From: Eledone cirrhosa
Taxonomy: Eukaryota
NCBI GenBank assembly: GCA_964016885.1
Contig: OZ024740.1
Coordinates: 61,876,001-61,940,000 of the forward strand
Reading direction: 5' to 3'
Length of the DNA stretch: 64,000 nucleotides
Made by a program: the position numbers and the translations under genes. Below are positions 28,601 through 43,100 of this stretch, in pieces (position 1 is the first letter of the stretch; every line of letters begins with the position of its first letter). Under the pieces are notes generated by a model, which saw only the letters and a list, made by a program, of their open reading frames with translations, was not told the origin of the DNA and ran no database searches.

Positions 28601-29946
28601 GAGTTAATTCTTCCTCTATATTTTTTCCTCACTTCTTCTCTATTACTTTCTTTCTCCTTCTTTGGAAGAAATCAACTATGTTCAAACCTGGGAAGTGGGT
28701 GGGCTCCATCAGATTTCTAAAATGCCCAAGACATGCTGTATGACACATTAGTATCCCATGTACCATTAACTCATTTTCTATTCGGTTGTGTTTAACTCCA
28801 GGTCATCCTTGATTGAGCAGAACTATGATCAAAGTCTGTTATCATTTTGTATATCAGGAACTACATTGTCCAATGTGTTCTTCCATTTTGAATATGGTAG
28901 AGGATATATGAGGGATATTTAGTTGCTATTTCTAGCAGATTATATGACTGCTAGAGGTTCACATTTGTCAATGGTAGAGGAATAAAATACTAACTTCATC
29001 TATATGAGATTTGAACTACAGAACCATAATTTGCCAATGGCATAATATCAGAAAATTACCAGTAATATCAATTTAAACCTATTTTACATTGATGTCACCA
29101 CATATGCTGCTGAACAGAAAACATTTAAAAGACTCATATATTAATCTTTTTAATATCAGACCATCTGGAAATACTTGATTTAGTGTTTGCATTTGCACCT
29201 AGAAAGTTCTTAGGCGCAAGTATGGGCAAATTGTTTTGTGGAATACCAGCAGTCACCCAGGCATGCCATCTTTCCTTCTCTGTGTCAGCAATGTTGTTCC
29301 AAGGGACAGGACATGGCCAACTCAGCTTGGCTTGGTACTAGTGTCAATGTAACTTTTTTTTTTTCGGCTGAGCAGATTGGTGCAATATGAAATAAAGTTT
29401 CTTGCTCAAGGACAGTGAGTTACCTAGTCAGGGAATCAAACTCAGGGTCTTACAATTGTATTCCCAGCACCCTAATCACTTAGCCACACACCTTCACACA
29501 GCATGTATTAGTGAACACTGACACTAATAGTATGTATTAGTGGTATATAACAATTCTGACGTTGGCTTTTATGCTTGAACGATCTTTAAATTTCACTGGA
29601 GATATCACACTAGCTAGTATGTCTGAATCATTCACCACTCTACTACAACTTGCAAATCATTTATCAAATCATCTGCTTTATCTGTAGCTTTAAAAGAAAC
29701 ATGTGTTATATTTTGTGTATTCCTATGTATCTTATACTTACATGCATGTTTATATACTCAAACAAATGCAAACATATACACCAGTTGTTTAGTTGTAAGT
29801 ATAAGATACATAGGAATACACAAAATCTAACACGTTTCTTTTAAAGCTACAGATAAAGCAGATGATTTGATAAATGATTTGCAAGTTGTAGTAGTATATA
29901 TATATATGTAGCAGGGAATGGCTATTAAATGGTGACTATGATGATG

Positions 29947-29977
<31 letters not shown>

Positions 29978-32900
29978 TACATACATACATATAGGGTGTC
30001 CCCCAAAAATGTATACATACCTTGATTAGAATGCTTTTGAAGTGTGTATACATTTTTTGGGGATACCCTGTGTGTCATCATCATCATCATCACCGTTTTA
30101 CGTCCGTTCTTCCACGCTAGCATGGGTTAGACGGGTTGTCCTGTTGTGGGCAGTGTCTGGTCGGCTGACCATGCCTTGCTCATACAGGAACTGATCTGGC
30201 TTGATTTCTACAGCTGGATGCCCTTCCTAACACCAACCTCATTTACAGTGAGTGCTGGGTGCTTTTTCGTGGCGCCTACACGTCCACTTTACAGTGTGGG
30301 CTGGGTGCTTTTTTGCCGTGGCACCTCCACGACCACCTTGCGGTGGGGGGGGGGCATATTGTTTATATGCTTCAGCATGTACCCATGGGAGGTCGGGTAC
30401 CCTGTATTACTGCGTGACGCCAGAAGTCACGGTCGTGTGTCATTGACTTTGAGAGGTGTAGTTGGGTAAGGTCGGCTTTTATCACCTCATCCCAAGTCAT
30501 CTTGGGTCTCCCCACTCCGCGGTTTCCATCAACTTCTAGTGCTCTGCACCTTTTTATGCAGCTGTCATCCTTCATACGCATCACATGTCCATACCAGCGT
30601 AACCGCCTCTCCTGCACGCAGCATTTGATTCCTCTTATGCTCAGTCTCTCTCTCAATTCATTTATGCTTTGTCGTTCACGTATATTACTGTTACACATCC
30701 ATCGGAGCATGCAGGCTTCGTTTCTCTCTAATCTACGTAAGTCTTCCACCTTCAGCGCCCAGGTCTCACTACCATGCAACATCGCTGTTCGGATACACGC
30801 ATCATACAGTCTGCCTTTCATTCTGAGGGAGAAGCCTTTTGCAGCTAGCAGTGGTAGTAGTTCCCTAAACTTCTTCCATCCCGTTCTTACCCTAGTTATT
30901 GTACTTTCTGAGCACCCACCTCCGTTGCTAATTCGGTCACCTAGGTAGCAGAAGCTGTCTACTGTTTCTACAGGGCCCTCCCAGAGATTGGTGGTACTTG
31001 TTTCCTGTGGCTGTTTGCTTGCTGTTTCAGCACAGCTGCTGCATGTGAATCCTACATTCTTAATTAAGCTTCCTGAGATCCCGCTACATCTCTTGTGTAC
31101 CCATTGTTTGCATTTGGGGCAAAGAATGGAGTTCCTACCTACACCTTTCCTACATACTGAGCAAGGCCATTTCCCTGAGGGGATCTGGGTTCTGTTTTCT
31201 CGTCTACTTATAAGGACCTTAGTCTTTGTCATGTTGACTTTGAGGCCCTTTCTCTCTAGTCCCTGCTTCCAGGTTTGGAATTTATTCTCTAGTTCTACCA
31301 TAGATTCAGCTATGAGTGCGAGGTCATCAGCATACAGGAGTTCCCATGGGCATCCGGTCTTAAACTCCTCCGTTATTGCCTGCAGGACTATGATGAACAG
31401 GAGAGGGCTAAGAACAGAGCCCTGGTGGACCCCAACCTGTACGCTAAATTCCTCGCTATACTCATTGCTAATCCTAACTTTGCTGACTGCTCCCCTATAC
31501 ATGGCTTGTACCGCTTTCACAAGCCATTCATCTACTCCTAGTTTTCTAAGAGCCCACCAGATTACTGCACGTGGAACTCTGTCAAAGGCTTTCTCAAGGT
31601 CCACAAATGCCAAGTAGAGTGGTTTACTTTTAGCTAGGTACTTTTCCTGTAATTGCCTCACAAGGAAGAGGGCATCAGTGGTGCCTTTCCCTGGTACAAA
31701 CCCAAATTGCATCTCGTCTATATTCACCCGGTCCCTAATCAGCTGTGCTATAACTCTTTCTGTTACTTTCATGACCTGGTCCATCAACTTTATACCTCTA
31801 TAGTTTCCTCTATCTAGTGCATCGCCTTTACCTTTGTAGCAGTTGACAATGATGCTACTGCACCAATCTTTTGGTATGGCCCCCTCTAGTATTACCTGGT
31901 TAACGATACGTGTGGTTATAGTGTGACCTACAGACCCAGATGCCTTCAGCATCTCGGCAGCTATACCCGATGGACCGGTTGCCTTCCCTATCTTCATATC
32001 TCTGATTGCCTTACTTACTACGCTGCCGCTGACTTGTACTGCTGGTCCCTCTATAGGGTCTACGTGGGGTAGGGTCTCTTCTTCCCATGCATTCTCCTCA
32101 TTTAGTAATCTATCATAATGACTCTTCCATGCATCTTTCTTCTCAGCACTTGTGAGGGCAAGCTCACCTTTATCATTCCGGATACACTTCTCTCCAATGA
32201 CATCACAACTATCTCTGACACACTGCCTCGCAATCTTGAATACCTCCTGTTTCTGGTCCTCACGTTGTAAAACATGCTTGAATTTTCTATCCTCTGCTTC
32301 CCTCCTAGCTAAGTATACTTGTCGCCTAGCTTCCCTCTTGGTCTCTATGTAATGTACCCTGCTCCCCCCGTTCTTCCATTCTTTCCATGCCTGTCTCTTG
32401 GCCTTGACTGCTTCATCTACCTTATTGTTCCACCACCAAGTCACTCTCCTCCTGCTTGAGGTCTTACTCCAGCCACAAACCTCATCCGTCGCCTCTAGTA
32501 AGTTATTTTTTAGGAACTCCCAGTTCTCTTCTACGTTAAATGTCTCTATCTGTTCTTCTTTACTGTCGTAGGCGTTGAGTAAAATATCTTTAAATCTGTT
32601 ACTGGTTGAGGGGACTTTCAGCTTCCAGATCTTTCTTCTCCAGGTTGGCCTCTGTTTCAGGGCTCGTCTAGTTCTGACCGTGAGGTCGCTGACAACTAAG
32701 CTATGTTGGGATGTACATTCCTCACTAGGGAAGGCTTTTGTGTTTACGACCGTCCATCTGTCACGTCCTCTGATGAGGATAAAATCTAACTGACTAGAGT
32801 GCTCCCCTGATCTATAGGTGATCAGGTGGTTGTCGGGTTTTTTAAAGTTTGTGTTACATATCGACATATCATTGGCGTCGCAGAATTCTAGAAGTCTGAA

Positions 32901-33512
32901 TCCTTCCTCATTCCTTGTGCCAACTCCATGGCCTCCATGTACTCTATTAAAGCCGTCGCAGTGTTTACCTACGTGTCCGTTAAAATCTCCTGCAATGATT
33001 AGGAAGTCCTTGTCGTCTGTTAGAGCAGTAGTGTGTATTAGGGACTCGTAAAACCTATCCTTAAGTTCGTCTGGCAGCCCCGATTGGGGTGCGTAAGCTG
33101 ATATTATTGTGGTAATTGTCTTATTCAGGACTAGTCTGAGTTTAATGATTCTTGCATTTACCCTGTACACTGAGATTACTTTATCTACCCACTTGTCAGC
33201 TAATAGTATACCTACACCACCCATCCCATCGTCATTTCCCACCCAGAAAAATTTGTAGCACTGGCTTTTTCCTACAAGGACTCTAGCAGACCCTCCTCTC
33301 CATCTAGTCTCTTGCACACAGCATACATCAACTTCCTTTCGCTCTAGCATTTCTACGATTTCTCCTGCTCTTCCTTTCATTGAGCCTACATTGATGGTAC
33401 CAACTCGGAGTTTTGGGCATTTGTCGACACTCGTAAGGGAGGGTCTCTGGGTTGGCGCTTCACGTGGGTGCTTGGTAGCTCGCAGATTCATATTTCATCT
33501 GTGTATATATAC

Positions 33513-33547
<35 letters not shown>

Positions 33548-36500
33548 AGTGTGAGTGTTTGTGCATGTGTGTGTGTTTAGTGTGTATATATGATATATGT
33601 ATGACTTGGGGATAGAATTAATATGCTGTTTTAGACAAGAATTTTGTTGATATCAATTTCTGCTCTATCAGCTCCAGTCAACATCAGAGAACTGCCAGCA
33701 ATTTCTTGTAAATAAATCCATAATCCATCATTAATAATCCTCTCTTACCATTCTATTGATTCCTCCTTATCTTATACTGTATTTGTAACACAAGTAGTTT
33801 ATTGACCAATTTAAAAACATAATCCACCACTTACAGCTGATTCCTCCATCACTGCTGCTGTGTTTCATCATTATCATTTTATGTCTGCCCCCCCCCCCCC
33901 TGCTTTCATGGGTTGAACGGGTCTTCACTGTCTGAGATGAGATAGGTTTGAGAGCTATGTCTTGCTCATATGTTCCATTTTTGGTATGGTTTCTACAGCT
34001 TGTGGAGGCAGGTGACCTAGTGGTAAGGGTGTTGGACTTATGATCATAATGTTGTAGGTTCGATTCCTGGGTTGCGTGTTGTGTTCTTGAGCAAAACACT
34101 TCATTTCACATTGCTCCAGTATATTCAGCTGAAAATGAGTACCAGCAATAGCGGGAGGTTTAATCCTGCGATGGACTAGCATCCTGTCCAGGGGGCAGTT
34201 TTGCACTCTCAGTTGCTTCACGCCATGAGACTGGGATAAGCACCGGCCTAACAAGCCTTCTGGCTTAAGACAGACTTTAGACTTAAACTTTCTACAGTTG
34301 GATGTCCTTTCTAACTTTACAGAGTGTACTCGGTGTATTTTATATGGGCATCAACACTACCAATTTTCAAAAATGTACTGGGTACAGTATAAATAGCATC
34401 AGCACTACCAGATTGCAGTGTATACTGAGTGCATTTTATTGGCACCTGCACTATTACTTTACAGAATGTACTGGGTGCATTTTATTGTGATACCTTTGCA
34501 AATTATGTGAAATGGTACGCACATTCTGATAAACAATCTAACACATGTTCATGTGCACATTAATAAATATTATTGAAATAAAAGATTGATGAAATTTCAA
34601 CTATAGAATATGTTGCTAAATTCCTTGAGACTTTGAGAAATCTATTATATTTTGTATCTATCTATTTGTCTGCTTGCATTGTCTGTCTGTATGTCAGTCT
34701 CTCTAGCTAACTAGATAGTTGTCATCATCATCTTCATAATCATCATTTTTACATCCATTTTTCCATGCTTGCATGGGTTAAATGAATCGTTTCCAGTACA
34801 TCATATCTCCACTTGTTTCTTTTCTTTTCTTCTCTGTGAGGTTCAGCTTCTTGGAGTCAGCATTCACCACTTATGCCCATGTCTTTCTCAGTTTTCCTCT
34901 TCTATGTTAAACACAACCTTCTCCTTGAACCCTAAATAATATATATAGTTATCTATCCATCCAGCCAACCAGTCAGCCAACCAACCAACCAAGTTTATGC
35001 AGTAAGATGCCTGTAGTTAAGGGATATTTTATCATGTTACATATACATTACTAGACCCCTATGCCTTTATTTACAACATCTCATCTTTATTTATTTCATT
35101 TTATTCTATATAGCATTTCTAAATTCATTATTCCCATTTCAAGACCTTCGCTGCCCTATTCTCAGAATAAAACTTTACATGCTTTGCAGTAGGTAAGATA
35201 AGATCAAAGGAGTCTTGGTAAAATCTTCAATGGTGGATTAAAAATATTGTTGAACAGTTTCATAGGTAATTTCATGTATGCTGTATCTGTGGGTTGATTT
35301 TTGGTTTGTATTTGTTATTGGTTAAATCTCTATAGTTACTCTTCTCATTTTTTTGTCAACCAATATTTGAAAATATAATTTTATTGTATGTACTGTATTT
35401 TAATGTGTTGCAATGCCACTTTATAAATACATAGTCAACCAAGAAGAAAGTGTTGCACTTGTGTTTCTGATTTAAAAATTTGAGCCATGAATTTTATAGC
35501 ATGAAAGTATATGGCTTAGTGGTGAGGATGTTGGTCCCACAATCTTAAGGTAATGAGTTTGATCTCCATATTAGGTTATGCATTGTGTTCTTGAGCAAGG
35601 CACTTCATACTATGATGCTAATGTCACTTAATGCCACCTGAAAGTTCCAGCTTTTGTCTAACCCATACTAGCATGGTAGAATGGACATAAAACAGAAAAT
35701 ATAAAGTTTACAACTTTAATGTTTACATTGAAATTTGTATATTATGTTGGGTATCTGATACCCCTGATGCAGCATCCAGTAAAAAAACACAAACTTCACT
35801 GATTGTATATTGCAAGAGGTAAGTTTTAGAATAGATGAATATGTACTGAAAAAATTCATAAAACAGAACTCAGCATATATCTCACTTAATCATAGTTAGA
35901 ATAAAAGCACTTTTATTATCAAATAACAAATGTACAAGATTATATATATATATATATATATAGGCATATGGCTTAGTGGTTAGAGCATTGGGCTTGCAAT
36001 CAAAAGGTTGCGAGTTCAATTCTCAGACTGGGTGATGTGTTGTTTCCTTGAGCAAGACACTTTATTTCACATTGCTCCAGTTTACTCAGCTGTAAAAATG
36101 AGATGATAGGACTGGGGTCGCTATCATTCCACTGCAAAATGGTTGTGGAGGTGCCATGGCAAAAAAAAGCACCCAGCCCACACTGTAAAGTGGACGTGTA
36201 GGCGCCACGAAAAAAAAGCACCAGCACTCACTGTAAATGAGGTTGGTGTTAGGAAGGGCATCCAGCTGTAGAAATGAAGCCAGAATCAGTTCCCGTCCCA
36301 CCCTTGCAAGCAGAGAAAAGCGGACATAAAATGATGATGATGATATAATCAATAAGTTATGACTAGGAACCTTATAAATATAATGCACAAAAATACAAAA
36401 ATCAAGGCCAAAAAAAAACATTAATTCAAAACTAAGTGCATCAATTGGCTACACACCACAAGAGTCATTGGAAAATTTTAAATGCAAGAAGACTTTTGAA

Positions 36501-37589
36501 TTAATTGGCTACACACCACAAGAGTCATTGGAAAATTTTGGGGCAAGTCAACAAGTTTACTGTGGGTGATGGCAAGGCTAAGGCACTGAAACAAGCAAGT
36601 ACTATCACAGGCATCACCAAATACCTCAGCAAGGCAAGCTGCTAACAATGACAAGAACTTCACTGTCAGAATATATTACAAAAAAAATAAAAAAAAACTC
36701 ATCATCCATATGAAAGTATAAACTAGCAAATCACGAAACATGCTTACTTAGACTTAAGTCTTCTTGCATTTTAATACGCACAAGACTTCCACCAGCATGG
36801 TTAATCTGCTGCAGTTCTCACTACACCTATTCAACTGGTTCTTGTGGGTTTGAGATTTTGGAAAGACAAATCACAAACGAAGAAATTATTTTGTGGAGCA
36901 AATCCCAGCTGCTGCAAAACACCATGGTGTTTCATTGGTTCTGCTTAGCAAGTCATGTTTTGTGTAACATGGACACTTGAAAAAGAAAAACCTCAAATAT
37001 TTTATTATGTATTTTAAAGAAATGATGAGATGGTCATGGCTAGAATATTTTTGATCATAGGACTACTCTTTCAGCGCTGACTCTATGTTAAACAACATCA
37101 ACAACAAAGGTGTAATATTCCTTTATTGTTTTACCTATTTCAGTTATTAAATTGCAGTCACTCCAGTGCACTGTCTTCATTAAATTGACCATATCAACCC
37201 CAGTAGTTACTTTTTCAAGTCTGGGACTTGTTTTTTGTTGAACTGTTGAGTTATAGGACATAAACACACAGTGGTAAACATATATATATATAGTGAAGGC
37301 GCATGGCTTAGTGGTTAAAGCATTGGGCTTGCAATCGAAAGGTTGTGAGTTCAATTCTCGGACCGGGTGATGTGTTGTTTCCTTGAGCAAGACACTTTAT
37401 TTCACGCTGCTCCAGTTTACTCAGCTGTAGAAATGAGTACCGGCCTGCCCGCCCAGCCAGTGGGATGGCGTTATCTTATGGCTAGCGGCGCCGATTGGCA
37501 CCCGACAGACTGGTCAGTCAAAGTGATATATATGGACACACATATTCATATATAAATATATATATATTTATTTATATATGGTGATGATG

Positions 37590-37641
<52 letters not shown>

Positions 37642-39660
37642 ATTAAATAAATGGAAACTATATTTATAAAACCATATTTATTTCATTATATATATTTCGG
37701 GGATATCATATTAACAATATGCTATGCCTTCCTCAGACAAAATACAATATAAACAGTTTTATAGATAAATAGATTCGACATACCGTAACAACACCGACTT
37801 GCATTTGAAGAGCTTGAACTGGCAGTGAAAAAATTTTACACAGAGAGAAAGAAAGAGAAAAAAGAAAGAAAGACAGAAAACGAAGAAAAGGAAGAAAAAG
37901 AAGAAATGCATGGAACAAAATAGAGAGATGGAAAGATAGATAAAGAGAAGAACTTCATGTAAAGAAACAGAAAGACATATATATATATAGAGAGAGAGGA
38001 AATAGAGATAGATACATATATATATAGAGAAAATTAGGTAGTGGGAGGTCAGTTGAGTAAATGTATCAATGATACATTTATTTATTTATTTATTTATTTA
38101 GCTCTAGTATTAATGTAAGGGAGATATATATAGAGAGAAAAAAATATAGAGAGAAAAAAATAGCGAGAGAAAAGATTTAAAAATAGCCAGATATATTCGA
38201 GGCGTAAAAACCCTATGTTTTAATGTATTAGTATTTATAAAACTTCCACTATATTGTAAATATCAGTATTCCTGAATGAGACAAGTATCCATAGTGTGTG
38301 AAAATTAATTATCTTATGTTTAGTTTTTTAAAAAAATTCATATGTTTATGTGATAGCTACAAACATCCATGTGAATCCACATGATCAACTCTGCAAACTC
38401 TAAGTTCACGGAAAACATTCTCAATGTGGTATAAAAATTTGAGTATACATATATGTGTATTATTATTCCTGTCTTTACTCTACAAGATTATCTATCAAGC
38501 AGAAATAGAGAGCAGATTTCAATATACTAATAAAAATATATATCAGAAACAAAACTAAAAAAATAACAATAATAATAATAAGTAATAATAAAATAGAAAA
38601 CTAAAAAAAAAAATATTACGAAAGAATATTACATATTAAAAATATTACATATTAAAAAATTTACATATTAAAGATATTAAAAATAAAAAAAGAAAATATT
38701 AGAAAATACTACAATAATAAAAAATAAAAATAAACCACAAAGATCAACCCTTCAAAATTAATTGACAATATATTGCCAAGTTCATTATAAGCATCAGAGT
38801 CGAAAAACAGACAAAGCCAAAAATTATCTATCAAATCACATCTAGCAAAGATCATTTCAAAAAGTTTATGATGCCCAATTTGGTCTACATGTGTTCCTAT
38901 ATTTAATATAGAAGTTTTATATCTATATTTATCTATAAAACTGTTTATATTGTATTTTGTCTGAGGAAGGCATAGCATATTGTTAATATGATATCCCCGA
39001 AATATATATAATGAAATAAATATGGTTTTATAAATATAGTTTCCATTTATTTAATATTGTAAATATACTCCAAATATTTGTCGAGTGCTTTTATATCAGT
39101 TATAAATATTTACTAGTTGTAACCCAACAATTTCAAATATAACTTTCCATATATATATATATATATATATATCATCATCATCACTGTTTAACCACCATTT
39201 TTCCATGCTGGCATGGGTTAGACAGGTTATCCTGTTGTTAGCAATGCCAGATCATGTGACCATGTCTTGCTCATACAGAACTTATTTCGGCTTGGTTTCT
39301 ACAGCTGGATGCCCTTCCTAGCACCAGCCTCATATACAGTGAGTACTGGGTGCTTTTTGTCATGGCCACTTTACACATGTCCAACAAATTCCACTCACTA
39401 GGTATTCACAAGGCATTGGTCATCCTGAGGTATATTAGAAGACACTTACTCAAGAAGCTGCATGAGATTGAACCAGATCCATGTGGTTGTGGAGTGAAAT
39501 CCTTAACCACACAGCCATGCATTTATAGTCAGCATTTATCATAAGAATTTAACATGACAAAAGACAGAAATATTTCACTTGTGAAAAATGAAAGGAAATC
39601 TCCAGATGTTTTGACATAAGTAGAAACAGAGATATTGATTTCTGTATTGTCTGCCATATG

Positions 39661-39742
<82 letters not shown>

Positions 39743-40048
39743 TGTATCCCACTGGGTTGAGGTCATTATGGAATAATAATACTAGAGTACATCCATCATG
39801 CATATATGCTGGTCTCAAAGATGCTTTGTTCACTACTAACAGATATATATGTTGAAAATGTGTAACTACTGATGTAGCCATTTGACATTGAAGGTTATCA
39901 TTCTGTATTAAGAAATATAATACATTACTAGATAGACACTAGTGGCATCTATCTTTCATTCATTCCTCTCTTCCCATTATATTACTGCCTGTCTGCCTAT
40001 CTCTCTCTTTCTCACTCACTCACACACACGCACACACACACACGTGCG

Positions 40049-40110
<62 letters not shown>

Positions 40111-43100
40111 CTCTCTCTCTCTCACATGCTCTCTCTTATACACATGCCCTCTCTCATACTTTCTCTCACACATGCACTCTATCATACTCTCTCAAACCCT
40201 CATTCTCTCTCACTCTGTCTCTCAAACACCCCCTCTCTCTCATTTTTCATTCACATCAGTCACAGTGGTGTTGGATTAAAAAACAAAATTTTATATATTA
40301 TACTGTACTATAGAATGTTCTAGTGATTGTAAGTGAAACCTGTGATAAGTGCAATCTATATTCCTGGTTGATACAATCTCATTGAATGTCCCCTGTTCCC
40401 TTGGGAATGACATGGAAGTACACTTTCTAATACTCTCATTTTTAACATGTTCTGTGTTTAATCAAGTGTGAAACAGAGAGAGGGGTAAATATGCGGGCTC
40501 TGTTTAGGGGTGATGCACTCACTACATGCTGCTTACCAAAGGAGTGAGTGAGTGAGAGGTATCCGGTAGTACATTGTGGGGTGTACCCAACTTAACATGA
40601 TGAAATCGTTGGATGAAGAAGGGTGAATCAGGGATGTAAATGGGAGGGAAGAGTAAGTGTTGGGTCATGGGGATTATCTTGAGAGTGAGTGAGTGATGTG
40701 TATATATATATATATATATATGGGACGAGTTTTAATATATTATTAAATTCAATACTATAATGAAGACAAAATACGTACAAATGCAAAGATATGTTTTGTT
40801 GGGTGAACCCAACTTATTCAACTTGCAGTGTTTCAAAGAAAAAACTTCCAGTAGGAGAAAACATAGGAGAGTTTTGGGTTTTAGGAGGAAGTAATTTACA
40901 TTGAAGTCAATTACAGAGAAGTAATATACCACATAAAGGGTTGTAACTCTAAAAAGGGGAAGAGAACTCTATAATAGATGATAGTTAAAAATTCAAGTGG
41001 GCCATCTTTTCAAAAGGTACTTAGATGCACAGGACAGCAATTAAAAAAAATCCAGGCAGGTGTTTAAGGATCTCTTGTTGGTGGGAAGATTTTCTAGGAT
41101 AAACAATTTTCCATCTATGCATAAATTACAACTTTTCCATCCATTTATATAGGGTTGAGATTTTTTGAGTGTTTTCCATTTTATAGAGACATTTTTACCC
41201 ATGTCCTTGAGTTTTCATACTTGGCTTGCCAGCTTCATGGTGTTGTCTGAATGTTTGAAAGTTGTTTCATGGTTGATGAAACAGTTTTTAAATCAACTAA
41301 CTGATATGCCTCCATATGTCCAGGTTTCTTTCTGATGATGTTACTTCAGCTTTGAATGTTATAGCTGCGCTGTTACACTGTTGATCAATATATCTGAATT
41401 ATTACATGACCATCTATAGGTCTGCAGGCTCGGGTGTTTATTTAAGTGGCAGGATTTCATATTTCTGGCATCATGTGCGACTGTGTGGCAGTTAAAAATT
41501 TGGTGGTATTTATGTCCTATATAGAAATGTATGTCTATAAGTGCTATTTTTTTTTACCTACATTAGTTTTAACATTCAACGAGAAAGGTTCTTGCTAGGC
41601 TTATGGCAAGATATAGTCAAACATTGTTAGTAGCAGAATACTGGACTGGTAGGATATAGTCAACATTGTCAGTACTAGAATACTGGATTGGTAGGATATA
41701 GTCAAACATTGTTAGTAGCAGAATACTGGACTGGTAGGATATAGTCAACATTGTCAGTACTAGAATACCTGGACTGGCAGGATATAGTCAACATTGTTAA
41801 TACTAGAATACCTGGAGTGGTAGGATATAGTCAACATTGTTAGTATCAGAGTAGTAGATTGGCAGAATATAGTCAACATTGTCATGGTGAGAGTCTTGGA
41901 CTGGCAAGTTATAGTCAGAGGCTGTCAATACAAGAATATTGGGTTGGTAGGATATAGTCAACATTGTCAGTACTAGAATACTAGACTGGCAGGATATAGT
42001 CAACATTGTCATGGCTAGAATATTGAACTGGCAAGTTGTAGTCAAAATTATTAGTACCAGAATACTGGACTGGCAGGATATAGTCAAACATTGTCATTAC
42101 TGGAATACAAGGCTGGCAGGATATAGCCAACATTGCCAGTACTAGAATACAGGGCTGGTGGGCAGTGTATTAGAGGTACACTAAGGTTTATGAGGTTATG
42201 GTTGGAAAGGAGGGGTGGTGGTAAATGCTACAATCTCTCTCCCTCATTTCTTGGTAAAAAACTGAAAAGTAAGATAAAAAGTCATCCTCTGTATATCCTC
42301 TCATTTAGGTTCAAAGCATTAACCTTTGAACCATCATCCTGCTATATCAAACATTGAGCACATCAAATATTGATCAGATTACTGGTTGATTTACATGAAC
42401 CAATAATAGGTGACAGCTTTTGGCAATATTCTAAAGAGCTGAGTAATTAATTCAGTTTTAACATCATTTCAGTTAAGCTTTAGTATAAAAACAAAAATGA
42501 GAAAATGAAAAACAAAAAGTCATATGTTAGTTTGAACAGAAAAACAATCTTAGCTGTCATCCAATACTAGAATTGAAATTACATTAGAATAAAATGAACA
42601 TTTTGAAGAGTCTCTGATATGGTAGGTTTATGATAATGATGTTTTAGAATAGTAAATAGCTTAACATTTCATTTTTTTTTAAATAGCACCAGTGGTTGTG
42701 AGATGGTTATGTTGAACTACCAGCTATGTTGTTATTATGAGTTCAAATTGTCTCATAGTATTTCTTCTATTCTTTGTTGATGCAAATAATCTGTTTACAA
42801 TTTCTTTTCCTTTTCCTAAATCTTTTTGGTCAGTCAGTCTAATCCACTAGCTAAGTAAATATGTTTTACTGAAGATATTTAATAAGTTCAAAACTTGTCT
42901 GTTGGTTTCAAGACAATGATCACTCCCATTGCACTGCCTTAAAGTGTTCCAAAGGGCTTGGATCAGCTCAGGCTATAGGTATTATTTCCCTTCGTCTTGG
43001 AAAGCTAATCTCAGTTGATTGGAGTTTGTTTCCCACTCACCATATTTGGACAGCAAGACTCTATTTGTATGTATATACTTTATGCACACTCTCGTCAGAC

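Noticed and set aside
30502-33051. Plus-strand ORFs overlapping the RTE
   Set aside because: Antisense shadows of the RTE coding frame; the same applies at 19244-21129 and 5275-7440
37294-37370. tRNA gene
   Set aside because: tRNA-like A/B boxes continue into SINE body sequence and occur in many diverged copies
41609-42160. CRISPR-like array
   Set aside because: The whole unit repeats; it is an ordinary minisatellite
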